Assembly: GCF_009914755.1 (NCBI RefSeq)
Contig: NC_060941.1
Length of the DNA: 64,000 nucleotides
Origin: the human T2T-CHM13v2.0 reference genome, Homo sapiens
Strand: one strand, 5' to 3'
The notes beneath the pieces are model-generated. The model did not search any database, was not told the DNA's origin, and saw nothing but the letters and a program-made list of their open reading frames with translations. Positions 1 through 14,149 of the stretch are shown in pieces (position 1 is the stretch's first letter; each line of letters begins with the position of its first letter). Both the position numbers and the translations under genes were made by a program.

Positions 1-1015
1 CACAAATGTGGAAATGTCAGCAGCGTTAAAACTCAGAAAGCAAGAAAGAAACAGGTCACCTTTGCTCTTGGTATATTGTATTTTCAACTGGGCTGGAGAA
101 ATGCCTTTAGTCTCTTGGAGCAGTGGGCCACTCCTGGAAGCTGGAGTGGGCCAGGAAGGAAAAGACCTCTGAGGGTGATGGGGAGTGGGAGCATGATGAG
201 AGACCAGTCTCTTAAGCTGCCAGAGTGTTAGTTTCCTCAGATGCAAAGTAGGGATGATAATTATAATAAGGTCCAGAAAGTTCTTAATTAACTACAAATC
301 TACCATAAATGTTGGATACTGCTCTCTTTTTTTTCTAGCAACTAGGTCAGCGCTTGGCACACAGCAAGTGCTCAATAAATGCTCTTTCCTATCGTTTTTC
401 TTCCCATAAGCCTTGAGGTTGGCTAACATTAGTTTAGACAGATACGAAAATATCAGATATGACCTCCCTCAGGTGTGCTTGGGTTTTCTGGGAGATGATG
501 TTAAAGAGAAACTTTTCTGAGATTTGAAGGAGAACTTTGAGTGTATCAGTGGTTTAGGGAGGGAGGTGCTTATAATCCTCAAATTAGACCACAGAGGGGG
601 CTCCTGCATCATCAAACGGGCTCTGTATATGTGTGTCTCTGTGTGTGTTGGGGCAGCAGGGTGTGTGAGCAAGTGCTGTGTGTGAATGAATATGTTCACG
701 TGTGTATGGATGGATATGCCAGGGCTAGTATGAGGCCTGCGAGGTGTCCAGGGTGCATCATTTAGGGAGGAACTCACTCTCAGGGAATGACCCTGTACTT
801 GCATGAGCCCAAGAGTTATTGCCTCCTGGAATGTAGTATCTTTCACACCTCACCCTAGTCTCAGACTTGAGATAGTCATGTGTGGATAGAGAAGGGATAT
901 CATTTAAACTGCAGTTGACAAGGAAGAGCCAATCCCCTTGTCCTAAAGAGCCTTCCAAAACAAGGATGAATTTCCTTAAGTTTTGGATTTGCAGCGATCT
1001 TTAAGGTATCCAATC

Positions 1016-1215
1016 CAGTGGTAATCAAATGTTAGTGTGCATCAGAATCAACCGAGGAGAGCTTGTGAAACCTTCACATTCCCAGACCCCATCTCCAAGA
1101 TTCTGATTTGGTCGGTCAAGGCTGAGGGACCTGGAATCTGCATGTTTAACATGAACGCTTTCCCCATTCCAGGTAATTTTGACATGGGCTGTCCAGGACC
1201 AACCATGGAGAAACT
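1016..1215 (+). mobile_element. MER5-family hAT-Charlie non-autonomous DNA transposon relic
   Basis: cagtggtaatcaaa...tgcatcagaatca...gattctgattt...ggaatctgcatgtttaac matches recalled MER5A/B consensus. Confidence 0.75.
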
Positions 1216-1299
1216 CTTCTTAGAATTGGAGTGACCACATAATTCATCATCCAATCCAAGCCACTTTGGAGAGTGAAATGAATTTGTTGTAGTTTAAAT

Positions 1300-1496
1300 C
1301 AGGAGTTGGCAAACCGTGACTGTTTTTGTAAATAACATTTTACTGGAACACAGCCACGCTCATTTGTTTAGGCATTGTCTACGGTTGCTTTTAAACTACA
1401 ATGCTAGAGTTGAGTGGTTGCAACAGAGACCCCATGACTTGCAAAGCATAACATATTTATTATCTAGTCCCTTACAAAAACAGTTGTCAACCTCAG
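1300..1496. mobile_element. MER58A-like hAT-Charlie element
   Basis: caggagttggcaaac...tttttgtaaataacattttactggaacacagccacgctcatttgttt...gttgtcaacctcag; flanks gtttaaat/gtttggat resemble an 8-bp TSD (6/8). Confidence 0.85.
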
Positions 1497-2198
1497 GTTT
1501 GGATTATTATTCAGTAAATATTTACCCCCATACCTAGTAGCTACCTTAACTATAGTTTAATCTTCCTTTCACTTAGAAGGATCTTGAAGCCCAGAGTGGT
1601 TAGAGTTTGGGCAAGCATATTTTGGACAATACTTGGATGTCTCATTCTAAGTTGGGTTGTGGATACACAGTTGAGAAACCTCTAAAAGGATGCCTAGTGG
1701 CTGTTGGGATAAACTAGAGGGGGCTCTGAGGAAGGTTGGGTTAAGTTGAAGGTTTGCCCTGGCTACTGATGCCCCTTTGTCATTCTCAGACTGACACTCA
1801 GACCTACCTTAGACTGACATCTCTTGAGATGAATGCTCCCCACCCACTCCTGAACAAATAAATAGCAAGAAAATGCAAACAGAGGGAAGTCGCATCAAGA
1901 ATAATTACAGAGCAGTCACATATTTTGATTTAAACTTAATGTTGCTTAGCAAAAGAGAATGTGCTGTGAACAAACAGAGATCAATTCACACCACTATCAA
2001 GTGGCAGGTGGTATTAGTAGAAGATGGCCTTAAACCTCTCTGGGAGCCTCAACAATACCACTCACATGGTGCAGAAGGATAAGGTCCCTCCCAGGAGGCT
2101 CCTCATAAGGAAGTTAGCAAAGGGGAAGCAGCCACTTGTGAAATCCTTACTCATTGTTAGGGCTTTGAACTGCAAATTGGCTTTTTGTGGAGAGTCGA

Positions 2199-2256
2199 GT
2201 GTGTGTGTGTGTACATGTGTGTGTGTACGTGTGTGTGTGTACGTGTGTGTGTGTGC
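2199..2256. repeat. Interrupted (TG)n microsatellite, uninterrupted purine-pyrimidine alternation
   Basis: (GT)n punctuated by gtac at 14-bp period; degenerate TG-rich tail continues to about 2390. Confidence 0.95.
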
Positions 2257-4374
2257 TGACAGACACATTTGTGCAGGTTTATGTGTGTGTGTTTTGTAAG
2301 CATGTGGTTCTTGTGTGTTTGTAAGTCTATATGAGTTCACATGTACATACATGCATGTGGTATGTATATGATTATGTGCATGTGTGTTTTCTATTACCTG
2401 ATGTTGCTAGGGCCTGTCTTCTTGCCTGCTGTGCTCCCAATAGCCTGACCATTCCTGGGGGAATCACATGATGGTCCTACTCTCCATTGACTAAGTCCAC
2501 ATTATGACACGACTGATTATTAACTCTCAATCCAGTCTGCTTAGCCCCCAACTCTGGTTTGGGGGCTTGCAAGATATGGAGGTCACCTTCCTTGATGCAT
2601 GCAGCCTCATCGGATCACTTTTGCTTATCTGATGATGGCAGAGTTTCTGGGCAAAGCTCAGATCTTCTCCACAGCTGCCCCTCCACACCTCCTCATTCAT
2701 TCCAGATTGAGTTTGCCTTGGTGGTTAATCCCCATGATGCTGTTCCATCATCCCCTTCAGGAATGGCCAGGATAGAGCCAGGTGGGCAGGGCAGGCTCTA
2801 GGGACTCGGTTGGATGGGCCTCCAATGCTACTCAGGTGGACCAGAAGCATGCACATCCAAGGGGCATATGTGAACTTTAGCTAAATAGGTGAGCTGAGGT
2901 CAGCATTCAGAAGTAGCTTCAAGCAACAGGTCTGAAGGATAAGAGGAAGGCTAAGTCTGGTCAGGGAATAGGAGCGAGCAATCCTCATTCCAAATTGTAG
3001 CAGGAGAGAGGCAAAGCAGACAAAGACAAAAAGCTGTGAGCCCCTCGGAGAGGCTGAGAGCCCAGATGGGTCCTGCCCAGGTGATCCAGGGCCAGGACAA
3101 CCCACTTACACGTTCAGGGCTAGACCAGGCTGACCTAAAAGGCTCTCCTCCAGGAAGCTTCCCCTAACAAAGTCCCTTTATTCTTCTACACTCAGAGGAC
3201 TTCTGCTCCCTCTTCTAATCCTCTCTGATGTAGTTCCGTGATTCTTAATAGATTCCACTGGCTTCTCCAAGAATTTGCCTAACTTCCTTGGACACTTCCT
3301 CGCCTCTGGACATTAGCTGCTTATGGTCCAATCCACTCCCTGATGCCTGTCATTGGCTTCCTCACTTTATTACTGGTTTTCGCATGTGTCCAAATCTTAC
3401 CTCTCTAGCCAGACTAAAAGCTCCCCTGACATGGGGGGAGTCTACGGCTTGTTTTTTCCTATGCCATTCGCTTGTATGTACTCAAGCCATCTCTTCTAAC
3501 TGGTGGGTTGACATGGCTTTGGGTATCATAAAGCCTTTCGTACATGAGAGACTTTCAGCCTCAGCCTTATTTTCTTCCCTCTGCATTTTCCAGTCTGTGT
3601 TCACTTCTGTGTTCACTTCCACTCCATGGCCCCCAGGCTCAGCCCTGCCTAATTCTTGAACCAACTCTGGCTCCTCTCATTATCACTACCCCCAATCTGC
3701 TCATCAAAATGAAATCCGATCTCTTCTCTGTGTGAAAGTCATGGGGGAATCCCCACAGAAGCCCCTGAAAAGCGACTGTGCCTTTGCCCAGACTTTGTCC
3801 CGTCTACCTGGACCGCCCTGTGTCTTGCAAATATTCACCATTTGTCAAGGCTTGAATTCATCACCTCCTCTTCGAAGCCTTCCCAGATACCTCCAGGCTG
3901 AGTTGCGTGTTCCAGCAACTGTCCTGCCCTGACGTGAGTCTCAGCTTCACAAAAGCACTTAGCACAACATGGCGTCAAAATTGGGTTAATGTCCAACTTC
4001 CCCAGCAGATAATTGGTTAGTTGAGGGCAGGGATCATGTTTCAACCATCTTTGTAATTCTCTGTCATGCATTCCCCAGTGCCCAATACAGGGTGGATGCT
4101 CAGTAAATATTTTGAATGACCCCCAGGACTGGTTGCTAGAGGAGGCCAGCTTTTCTCTGAAGCAGGGGGAGCAGATGCCTGTTGTCAGGTGGTCATTGGC
4201 AGGGACGTCCAGATTTGGAAAATGAAGACTCTTCCTGCAGCAGCATCCAGGCACATACAGGCCAGTTGGCTGTCATTTTTACCTGGCAGGGAGCGGGGCA
4301 CCAGGAATGTCTGGAGCAGATAGTAGCTTCCTGGGACACGACGGGTGGAATCAGCTTCTAGTGAAGGAAGAACC

Positions 4375-4570
4375 TGGTCAGAACAACTGAATTATAATCC
4401 TGACCTGGCCACTTACCACTGCATAGCCCCAAGCCAAGGATTTACTCTCCCTGGGCTTCAGTTTCCTTGTCTGTAAACTGAGGCTAAAAAGTCCCTGTCT
4501 TGCAGGGTGGGAATGAAAGTTAAATGAGATAGTGTGTTGAATCAGTGTTCACAGGGCTTCCTTGTTTATA
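4375..4570 (+). mobile_element. MIR SINE
   Basis: gccacttacc...cttcagtttccttgtctgtaaactgagg...ttaaatgagata MIR core. Confidence 0.75.
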
Positions 4571-5834
4571 GTAGATCTCTCTGTGGTCTCTCCTCCCACT
4601 TAACCCTGCTCACACATTTTTTCAGGTTATTAACCCACTACTTTAAGAATGTATATATTTATTTGCATCTGGGAGACAGGCCACTCTTTGGGGACAGAGA
4701 CCATGTCTTAGCTCTGTATTCTTGGTGTCTGGCCTATATAGGGGCCAACATTTACTCTTGAATGAATGAATATAAATGGCTAGTTGGGAGAGTCATGCCA
4801 CTATATATGCAACAAAACCTTGGTTTTTTTTTTTTTAGCTGGGGACAGCGGCTTGAATTAACAAACCAAAAGAACATTTCTAAAGCAAAACAAACAAAGT
4901 TTAAAAAGAACTTTCCAATTTATAAGCCACCACTGGAACTCCTGACTACCAAAATGTTTCCAGATAGAGGTCTTGCCAAGAAGGCTGTCATGTGCAGATA
5001 AGGCTCATTTGTAATTAGTAAGTGTCCATTTGCATTCAAATGCAGTAAGGGGCTCCAGTTCTTAAAAAGAATCTGTTCTCCAGAGTAGTCTAAACATGAC
5101 CCATGCAATGTCAGAGATTAGCAGTTTTTCCCCTTAGTAACATTCTTTGGTGCATTTCTCCAATAAATATTTATTAAGTTCTTTCTGAGTGTCAGGTATG
5201 ATTCGAGGCACTGAGAAAGTACCGATGGGCAAGGCAAGATCCCTATCCTCACATATGTTATGATTCAGTGACAGGAGATGGTCAATAAACAAATAAGTAA
5301 GAAAAATGTGAATGGAAAATATGGGGGGCCTATGCCTCTTCTTGGAGGCTGGGCTCCCTTAAGAAAAAAAAGACAATATGGAGCAGAGATTTAAAACAGG
5401 GTGATGTGCTTGAGTTATTGGGTGGCTGCTTTTGATTGGGTGGTCAGACCAGGAGAAGAGGAAATCCCAAACAGAGAGAAAATCTGGTACAAATGCTGTG
5501 AGGTGGAAAGAGGTTTACATATTCAAGTTGGGAACAAGGAAGAAGACAAACGCAAATGAAATTGGCAAGGAAAGCAAAGACTGAATCATACAGGGCATTA
5601 TCATTCCTGGGGAACAGATTCTGGATATGGTTCCAAGGGCAACAGGTAGGTTTAAATGGGAGTGATATGATCTGACACGTCTTTAAAAAGATCTCTTGGG
5701 TGCTTGCATGGAGACCAGGAATGAAAGGCACCAAAAATGAAAGCCAGAGACCAGTTAGGAGGTAATTCCAGTAGAATGATGAGAAATGATGGTGGCTTGG
5801 AGTAAGGTGTTGACAGCAGAGACAGAAACAAGGA

Positions 5835-6173
<339 letters not shown>

Positions 6174-7515
6174 CTATGTACATTTTCCAATGTATTTTGG
6201 AAGCAGAATCAAGAGCCTTTGGTGATTGGTTGGCTGGAGGAGAGGGCAGTGAGTCAGAGAGGAGTAGAAGGGAACTTCAAGATATTTAATTTAGCTTGTG
6301 TCAGCGTAACAGTGGTGGTATTTTCTGAGATAGAAAGAATCGGGTGGGGTGGATATTTGGGATTTTCTATGTGTATATGAAAATGCGTGGGTATGCACAC
6401 CTGTGTATGTGTGTGCACATGCTCGTGCACATGTGCCTGTGTGGTAGAAACTGGAGTATTCTGGGATCAAGAGTTTTGCTCTGGCCACATCAAGTTTGAG
6501 ATACCTGTTAGGCATCCGTGCAAAGATATCAAGCAGGCCACTGGATATTTGCAACTTGAGCTCAGATAAGAGATTAAAGCTGAAGATATAGATCTGGGAG
6601 TTGTTTGCATGTAGATTACTAAGGGAAATGAACATAGATAGGAAAGAGAAGAACCCCAGACTGAGCCCTGAGGTGCTTCAATATTTGGAGTTTCAGCAAA
6701 GAAGGAAGAACTTACAAAGAAGAGCAAGACCGAGGAGCCAGTGAAGTGGGGATGAGACCTGAAAGTCACCAAAGCCTAGAGCGGAAAGTGTTCCAGGAAA
6801 GAGCAATAAGAGGGGGAAATGTGGACAGTACAGACACCTTTTCAAAAAAGTTTTGTTGTGAAGAGAAATAGACACGGAGCAGCTGCTGAAGAGTTTGATG
6901 GAGTGTGTGTGCTTCATACAGATGATTTGGAAAGACCTTTGCACACCAAAGGAAATGATGCTAGAGGAAAGGAGGAATGGACGGTGAGTGGGAGGTGGAA
7001 TTATAGAAGCAAGCTCTTGGGAAGGAAAGATGAATGGGAACCAAAACACAAGAGGAGGGGTGGCCTTTGAAGGAGTGGGGACACTTCATTCATAGAGACA
7101 CGAGGAAAGGCAGAGAAGATGGATTCACATGAGCATCTTTTCAGTATGGAAATCTTAGAGAGTGTCTACCTAATTGCATTCAAGTATGTGATAAGGATCG
7201 TTGCTGTTGCCTCTGAGTATGTGTGTAAGTATTTTTGGGGGAAGGGTGCAGGAGTTTTTGAGTAGAGTAAAAGGTATGAAACAGTCGTTACAAAGAATAG
7301 GCAAGTGAACCTACTAGGAGAGTGTGTAGGATTGCCAGGCAACACCAAGTGCCGGTTTGAGTCTTCTGGCCATGAATTTAAAGTTAGACAAATAAATGTG
7401 TGTGGGAAAGAAATTCAAAGTGTTTGGTAGAGAGTGGGTGTTAGGACAAAGCATATGATCAAAGAAAGATTCTAAGAAGGGTCCTGGGGGTGAGATGTAT
7501 AGGATCACTAATTTA

Positions 7516-8077
<562 letters not shown>

Positions 8078-8819
8078 TTAGCAGTCGCTGTGAATGATGA
8101 TAGAAATATTAGGACCCAATGAGACTGGTGAAGGGGGCTTTGATCCAGGTAGAAGCAACAAGGAGTTCTAGGTGGTGGAAAACAAAGGCTGATGACACTA
8201 ACTTCCAAAGAACTCTGCGTGTGTATGTGTGTGTGTGGAGGAGATATATGGTTAGGAGGCCACAAATGGGAGCAAGAAGCAGAACAGCAAACCCTCTTTA
8301 ACCCTAGATTACAGGCACATGAGAGAAAAAACATCTCCACTCACGAGTTGCAGGTGATGCTGTTGTCTGGAATGGGCTTAGGACAAGAACCTGAAAGGAA
8401 TATTCAGGGAAGGGTGGTAGTTGTTGGGGTATTTGCTGCCCGCAGATCATGAGCTTCAGAGGGCACAACACCAGGGTGAGAGGGTTAGGAAATTGGGTGA
8501 GATTAGGGTGCATGGAGCAGTGAGGGGATGAGGCTTTATGATGATGGACACTGAGAGGGCATGGGATGTAGTGGGGATCTCAGCTGAACAGAGGTGTGGG
8601 ACTGATAGGATTGGGCCTGTGAGTCCCTTGGGAGAAGATGGGTTCAAGCTGGTCTCTTCTCTCCTGAGGTTGCATAGTGGTGGTCAAAGGGGTGGGGTTT
8701 AGGTGGTACCTTGTGCAAAAGGTACCACCTAACCTAGAGCAGGGATCTCATGTGTCCCCAGCCCAGACCACCGAGGTCAATAAGCAAAGCAGGCTGGGCC
8801 ACGACTGTGGGAAACCTGA

Positions 8820-8985
8820 TCGGTGCTTCCCAGTCTCCAACAGGCAAACAAATCCACTAGGGATCCTGTTTGAATGCAGACTCTTATTCAGTAGCTCTGG
8901 GATTGATCCCGAGATTCTGTGTTTCTGAAAGTGCTGGGTGACACTCTTATTACTGATCTATGGACCACACTTTGAGTAGTGAAGA
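8820..8985 (+). mobile_element. MER5A1-like hAT element
   Basis: aatgcagactcttattcagtag...gagattctgtgtttct...atggaccacactttgagtag. Confidence 0.7.
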
Positions 8986-8994
8986 CTGGAGAGT

Positions 8995-9232
8995 CTGTGG
9001 TCTGCTGAAAGGAGCGGCTGCTTCTCACCTGTACCTATTGTTGTCATATGACAGAGAAGGCTCACTATGGTCTTCTGATTTCTGAAGAGAAGCCAGAAAT
9101 CTGGATTTTTATGTAAAATCATCCCATTTAAGAATATTGGCAAATAATTAAAAATGTAAAATGCTCTGTGGACCAAATAAAACATGTGTGAGGGTTGAAT
9201 TCTGCTTATAACACCACTGCTTGTGATTTCTG
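8995..9232. mobile_element. MER112-like hAT-Charlie relic
   Basis: tcttctgatttctgaagagaagccagaaatctggatttttatgtaaaatc resembles recalled MER112 core. Confidence 0.6.
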
Positions 9233-10286
9233 ATGGAGAGGAATCCAGGCAGAGTGAGTATCAGGTGAGCACTGGACTGGGGTCAGTTATTATGGGTCAC
9301 AGAGTCAGCTTGGCCTTTGGCACTAGAGGTCACCATTCGTAAGGCACCTTGATGTTGAAAAGCAGTTCTCCAGGCATGTGGGCTGATGCCCTACCAGGCC
9401 ACCTTCATTCTTACCTCCCCAAGAACTTTGTTCTTCCTGCTCCCCTCATCCCGAATGCCCTCCAGCTCCACCCAAAGCCGAATCTATCCCACTGACTTTC
9501 AAAGTGGTTTAGGTGGCAGAGTGCCTGGAAGCTTCAGTTTTCTTTGTGAAATGCCATGAAATATTGACATATTTAATTCCATCACTCATACCAGAAATGA
9601 TTTTTCTAGCAGGAAATACAGCTGTATTATATGTACTCAAGTCTCTGCAACTCAAAAAGAAAATAATCACACATAAAATATTTTGAAGAAAACACATTCC
9701 TGGTTTCCCATTAGCATTTATTCCCACTTGTTTCATTCTTTGTGTCACTTCCAGCACTGACTAGTAGATAAGTGGTAGTCGGCACTCAAAATTTAAGAAC
9801 AATTTATGAAAAAAAAAGCCTTGATATAGAGAAAGTATCTATTCATTAAGCTAATGTGTTCTGGGAATTGGAACTTCTTTTATTCTATTTAGTGGTGAAA
9901 ACTCTCAGTCTTCCTTGTGGGATGGTAGTGTTCCAAGAAAGACTGGGCCGACAATTTGCCCATGTCTTATCGGTTCTTCACAGTCGGTGGAGACCCACCT
10001 TCCCTATTGAGTCTCCTTGGATTCTACCTGTTCCTTTTTATCATCCATATGACTGAGGTGCTATGCCCCAAACATGTATTTATTTCCTGATTACATGTCA
10101 TCTTAGGTCGGTGTGGCATGTGTCTATGCCTTGCTGCCCAGACATAAGCTCATGCAGGCTGGGACTATGTCTTGCCTCTCTGCTGAGCCAGCAAAGGGCA
10201 AATAGCAGCCTCAAGACTAGCACCCTGTGTTCACGATCCTTGGGCATTTTAGAGCTTTTCTGAATCACTTAATTTACTTAATCACT

Positions 10287-10603
10287 GGCCAGGCACGGTG
10301 GCTCACACCTGTAATCCTAGCACTTTAGGAGGCTGAGGTGGGTGGATCATCCGAGGTCAGGAGTTTGAGACCAGCCTGGCCAACAGGACGAAACCCCGTC
10401 TCTACTAAAAATACAAAAATTAGCTGGGCGTCGTGGTGTGCGCACCTGTAGTCCCAGCTACTCAGGAGGCTGAGGCACGAGAATGGCTTGAACCCGGGAA
10501 GCAGAGGTTGCAGTGAGCCAAGATTGCACCACTGCACTCCAGTCTGGGCAACAGAGCGAGACTCTGTGAGAAAAAAAAAGAAAGAAAGAAAGAAAGAAAG
10601 AAA
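10287..10603 (+). mobile_element. Full-length Alu (AluS-like), (GAAA)n tail
   Basis: ggccaggcacggtggctcacacctgtaatc to gagactctgt plus A/(GAAA)n tail. Confidence 0.97.
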
Positions 10604-10939
10604 TATTTAACCACTAACTTCTCTCTGCATCTCAGGACCTCAGCAACACCTAACCTTCTATGAGTCACAGAAAAACTAAGAATCTGATGATCTTTTAGTT
10701 TCTTGTTGCAAAAAAAGAAAAAAAAAGCCCATTCATAGAAGATAGCATCATAGTATCAGTTTAAAAAAATCCCTGAATCTCTCTTTCCTTAGAACGATCT
10801 CCAGGAAATGTGATCTCTTTCTGTTCTAACATTTTGGGATTCCACAGCATTTCCTCATTTCCTTTCGTGTTCCATCTCTGTCCTGTCTTACCTCTCAGGG
10901 AGAATCAGCTAATTCTTTTTCTCCTTGATGTTCTTAGTA

Positions 10940-11100
10940 TAAGGACTATCTAGCCTTTGGTGTCAGAAAGCCCTTGAGTTGCTTATCAAATATGTGACTT
11001 GACAAGGTACTTGAATTCTTTAAGCCTCAGTATCTATGTCAGGAAAATGAGGATAATACTAAGATCTACATCATAGAATGAATCTGAAGGATTCAATGGT
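10940..11100 (+). mobile_element. MIR SINE
   Basis: tgtgacttgacaaggtacttgaattctttaagcctcagtatc...aaaatgaggataatac. Confidence 0.65.
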
Positions 11101-11949
11101 ATTTGGCCCCCCTCCTCCCCTCCTCCTCTCTGACTGCCCCTCCCTACTTCCAAAGGCCCCCTTTCTGTTTGGAGGCTGACTTGGTGTTGGCACAGTTCCA
11201 GGTCTAAGCACCATGAGCAGCCCCACTGTGAATGGATGGACAAGAGGTCCAAGCTGGCCTTAGGCCAGACGTTCATCTCTTCTCATGCTGCCACATTAAG
11301 CCATTCAGGAAACATTAGCTCCCAGGTTGAGATGTTTCCCCACAGGTCTAATGATTTCCCATCTTCTCTCATCAGATGTGTCCCTATTTACACAGCCCCC
11401 AGGTACAGAGCCCACTGGGCACTTTTCTCCATGGGATACTCCCTCAAAGTGAATCCCTACCTCTCAGCAGCATGCTCCTCTCACACATACTGTATTTAGG
11501 TCTCATGTTTCCCTACCTCCAAGCTGTACTCGTGATTATGAAATGCTTGATTGTGGTGCCTGTCGAAATGCATTCATAATGCAACTTTAAGTCTCACAGA
11601 AAATTTTCAGGGGAAATTAAAGCCTTGGGAAGACCAGCACCCTGTGTTTATGATTCTTGGGCATTTTAGAGCTTTTCTGAAGGTTTTCTTTATCCTTGCA
11701 CTCAGAACAGGGAAGGAAGAGACATGTAGATGTGGCATGGAGTGCTGGGGGATGAGGATGGGGGAGTCGGAACCTCTTGGTTCTGGCCCTGCCACTCCCC
11801 AGCTGAGACTGTGTGAGCAGCAGCAAGTCTAATGACAGCTCAGGTTTTTAGCTGTCTTCTTCCTTCTGCATGCTCAGGACTCACCGCCTGTCTGATGTCT
11901 GCTCCTCAGCCTCCTAGATGGTCCTCCCCTTGAGTGTTTTGTCTTGTGT

Positions 11950-13012
11950 CTTCATCTCTTTGCTTCCTACTCCCTGGGTTAGCACCTCCACTCCCACAGC
12001 TACAAATGCCACCCCTCTGAGCATGGTTCCTCAGTCTCTATCTGTAGCTAAAATCTCCAACTCCTTCCATCTGAATCTCGACTTTACCTGGATACCTGGC
12101 AGGGACTTCAAAATCAACATGCCCAGAACTGAACTCACACTGCATCCCACTCCTTCCAGGTCACCCATCTTGGTGACTAGCCCTGTTCTCTCCTCAGGCA
12201 CAATAGTCCAGATATCTCAGAAGTGCCCAGTGAGCCCCCTCCATGAGATGCACTTGAAGCCAGCCCATTACCCCCCAAGGCTGCCACCCCCTACATGGGA
12301 GGCCCTTCTTACCTTGTGCTTGCACCTCTTACTAATGATGAGGCCTGGGCTGACTAACATGGCTCTCCCTGCTTTTGTAAAATGAGAAGCTTTAGAGAAG
12401 ATGATCTCAGAAGACCCTTCTGACCCTATCTGTCTTTATTTCAGTTATCATCCATCGAACTCTGTGGCTCAAAACCTTGCAATAGTCTTGACCCTGGATT
12501 GTCCAAACCACCCTCCCAACTTTGCAAGACTGGAGAAAATCCTGTGATGTTCTCCATGACTGACTCCTGCTGCCTTCCTTGCTGGCCTCCACACCACCCT
12601 CATGCTTTCAGTTTCAGTGTGCAAGGTGCATGCACCTCAACACTCAGCAGGTCCTCACGTTCACCTGCTGCCTCTCAGGCTCCATCCTGTGCAGTTTCTC
12701 TTCGGCTGTTAGAGTTTCTCTCCCTCTTTCCCTTCCTGGCCTTCTCTCATGCCCCTTACCTTCTCTTTCCCATGGTCTGTTGGGTGAACCCTCCCTCATT
12801 CTTCAAGGTTCAGATCAAGCCTCACTCTTCACAATACCCGACCCCAGAGCTAATATCTGTAGCACTGTTTCAGTAGAGATGCACCAATAACATTTACCCA
12901 TCTGCCTCTCCACTGGATTCTGAGCTCCTTAAGCGTCCTGACTTTGCATTCCCAGAGCCCAGCACAATACTTGCACAAAATTCAGGTTCAATAATTGTAT
13001 TGTGATTGAATG
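11950..13012 (+). mobile_element. Fragmented L2 LINE
   Basis: acttcaaaatcaacatgcccagaactgaactc and 3' end ctgagctccttaag...cccagcacaatacttgcaca...ttcaataattgtattgtgattgaatg. Confidence 0.6.
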
Positions 13013-13227
13013 GCTCCCTAAATCTATAATATTCAATCTCATTAATTTGGCATTTTTAAGACTCTTTCCATTCCAGATCCACCAAACTGTTAGCTGTTTC
13101 CCTTAAAGTGCATTTTACTTAGACATTCACCCTTCCATAATCATGCACTGAACATGCCCATTGCCGTGGTGGGAACTTTTGACCCTCGACCTCTACCTGT
13201 CTCATGCCCATAAGTCTCTATCTATTC

Positions 13228-13526
13228 TTTTTTGTTTGTTTTTGAGACAGGGTCTTGCTCTGTCACCCAGGCTGGAGTGCAGTGGTGCAATCACTGCTCA
13301 CTGCACCCTTGATCTGGGTTCAAGCAATTCTTCCACCTCAGCCTCCTGAGTAGCTGAAACTACAGGTATATGCCACTGCACCTGGCTAATATATATATTT
13401 TTAATTTTGTAGAAACAGGGTTTCACTATGTTGCCAGGACTGGTCTCAAACTCCTGGGCTCAAGTGATCCTCCTACCTCAGACTCCCAAATTTTGGAATT
13501 ACAAGCGTGAGCCACCATGCCTAACC
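13228..13526 (-). mobile_element. Alu (AluJ-like)
   Basis: Antisense Alu; gagacagggtcttgctct and aactcctgggctcaagtgatcctcct are AluJ-type. Confidence 0.95.
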
Positions 13527-13773
13527 TTACCTTATTTATTCTTTAAGGCCCAGCCAAATGTCACTTTTTCCTCTTCCTATTCTGGATCCAGGAGTGACCT
13601 CTTCTTCCTAGGAGTCCCATAGGTCTTGGAACCATTTTTATGATCCTCAGTTCTTTGGGTGTTATAATAGAGTGATTCAGTCAATTAATTCATCTTTAAA
13701 TACATGTTCTTCAGGGCTGCTCTGACCAAGCACAGGGTCTCCATCAAGGCTATACTTGGCATGTGTATCTTAG

Positions 13774-14132
13774 AGTATTAGCCCATTCTCTTGCTGTGAA
13801 TAAAGACATACCTAAGACTGGGTAATTTATAAAGGAAATAGGTTTAATGGACTCACAGTTCCACATGGCTGGGGAGGCCTCACATTCATGTTGGAAGGCA
13901 AAAGAGGAGCAAAGGCATGTCTTACATGGTGCGGGCAAGAGGGCATATGCAGGGGAACTCATCTTTATAAAACCTTCAGATTTGGTGAGACTTATTCACT
14001 ATCATGAGAACATCATGGAAAAGACCTGCCTCCATGATTCAATTACCTCCCACTGAGTCTGTCCCACAACATGTGGGAATTATCACAATTCAAGATGACA
14101 TTTGGCTGGGGACACAGAGCCAAACCATATCA
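13774..14132 (-). mobile_element. THE1 (C/D-like) MaLR solo LTR
   Basis: gtattagcccattctc...aagacatacctaagactgggtaatttataaagg...ggggacacagagccaaaccatatca. Confidence 0.93.
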
Positions 14133-14149
14133 CATGAGTCTCCTCAAGA

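Noticed and set aside
3594-3617. 12-bp tandem duplication tctgtgttcact x2
   Set aside because: Ordinary short slippage event with no further context
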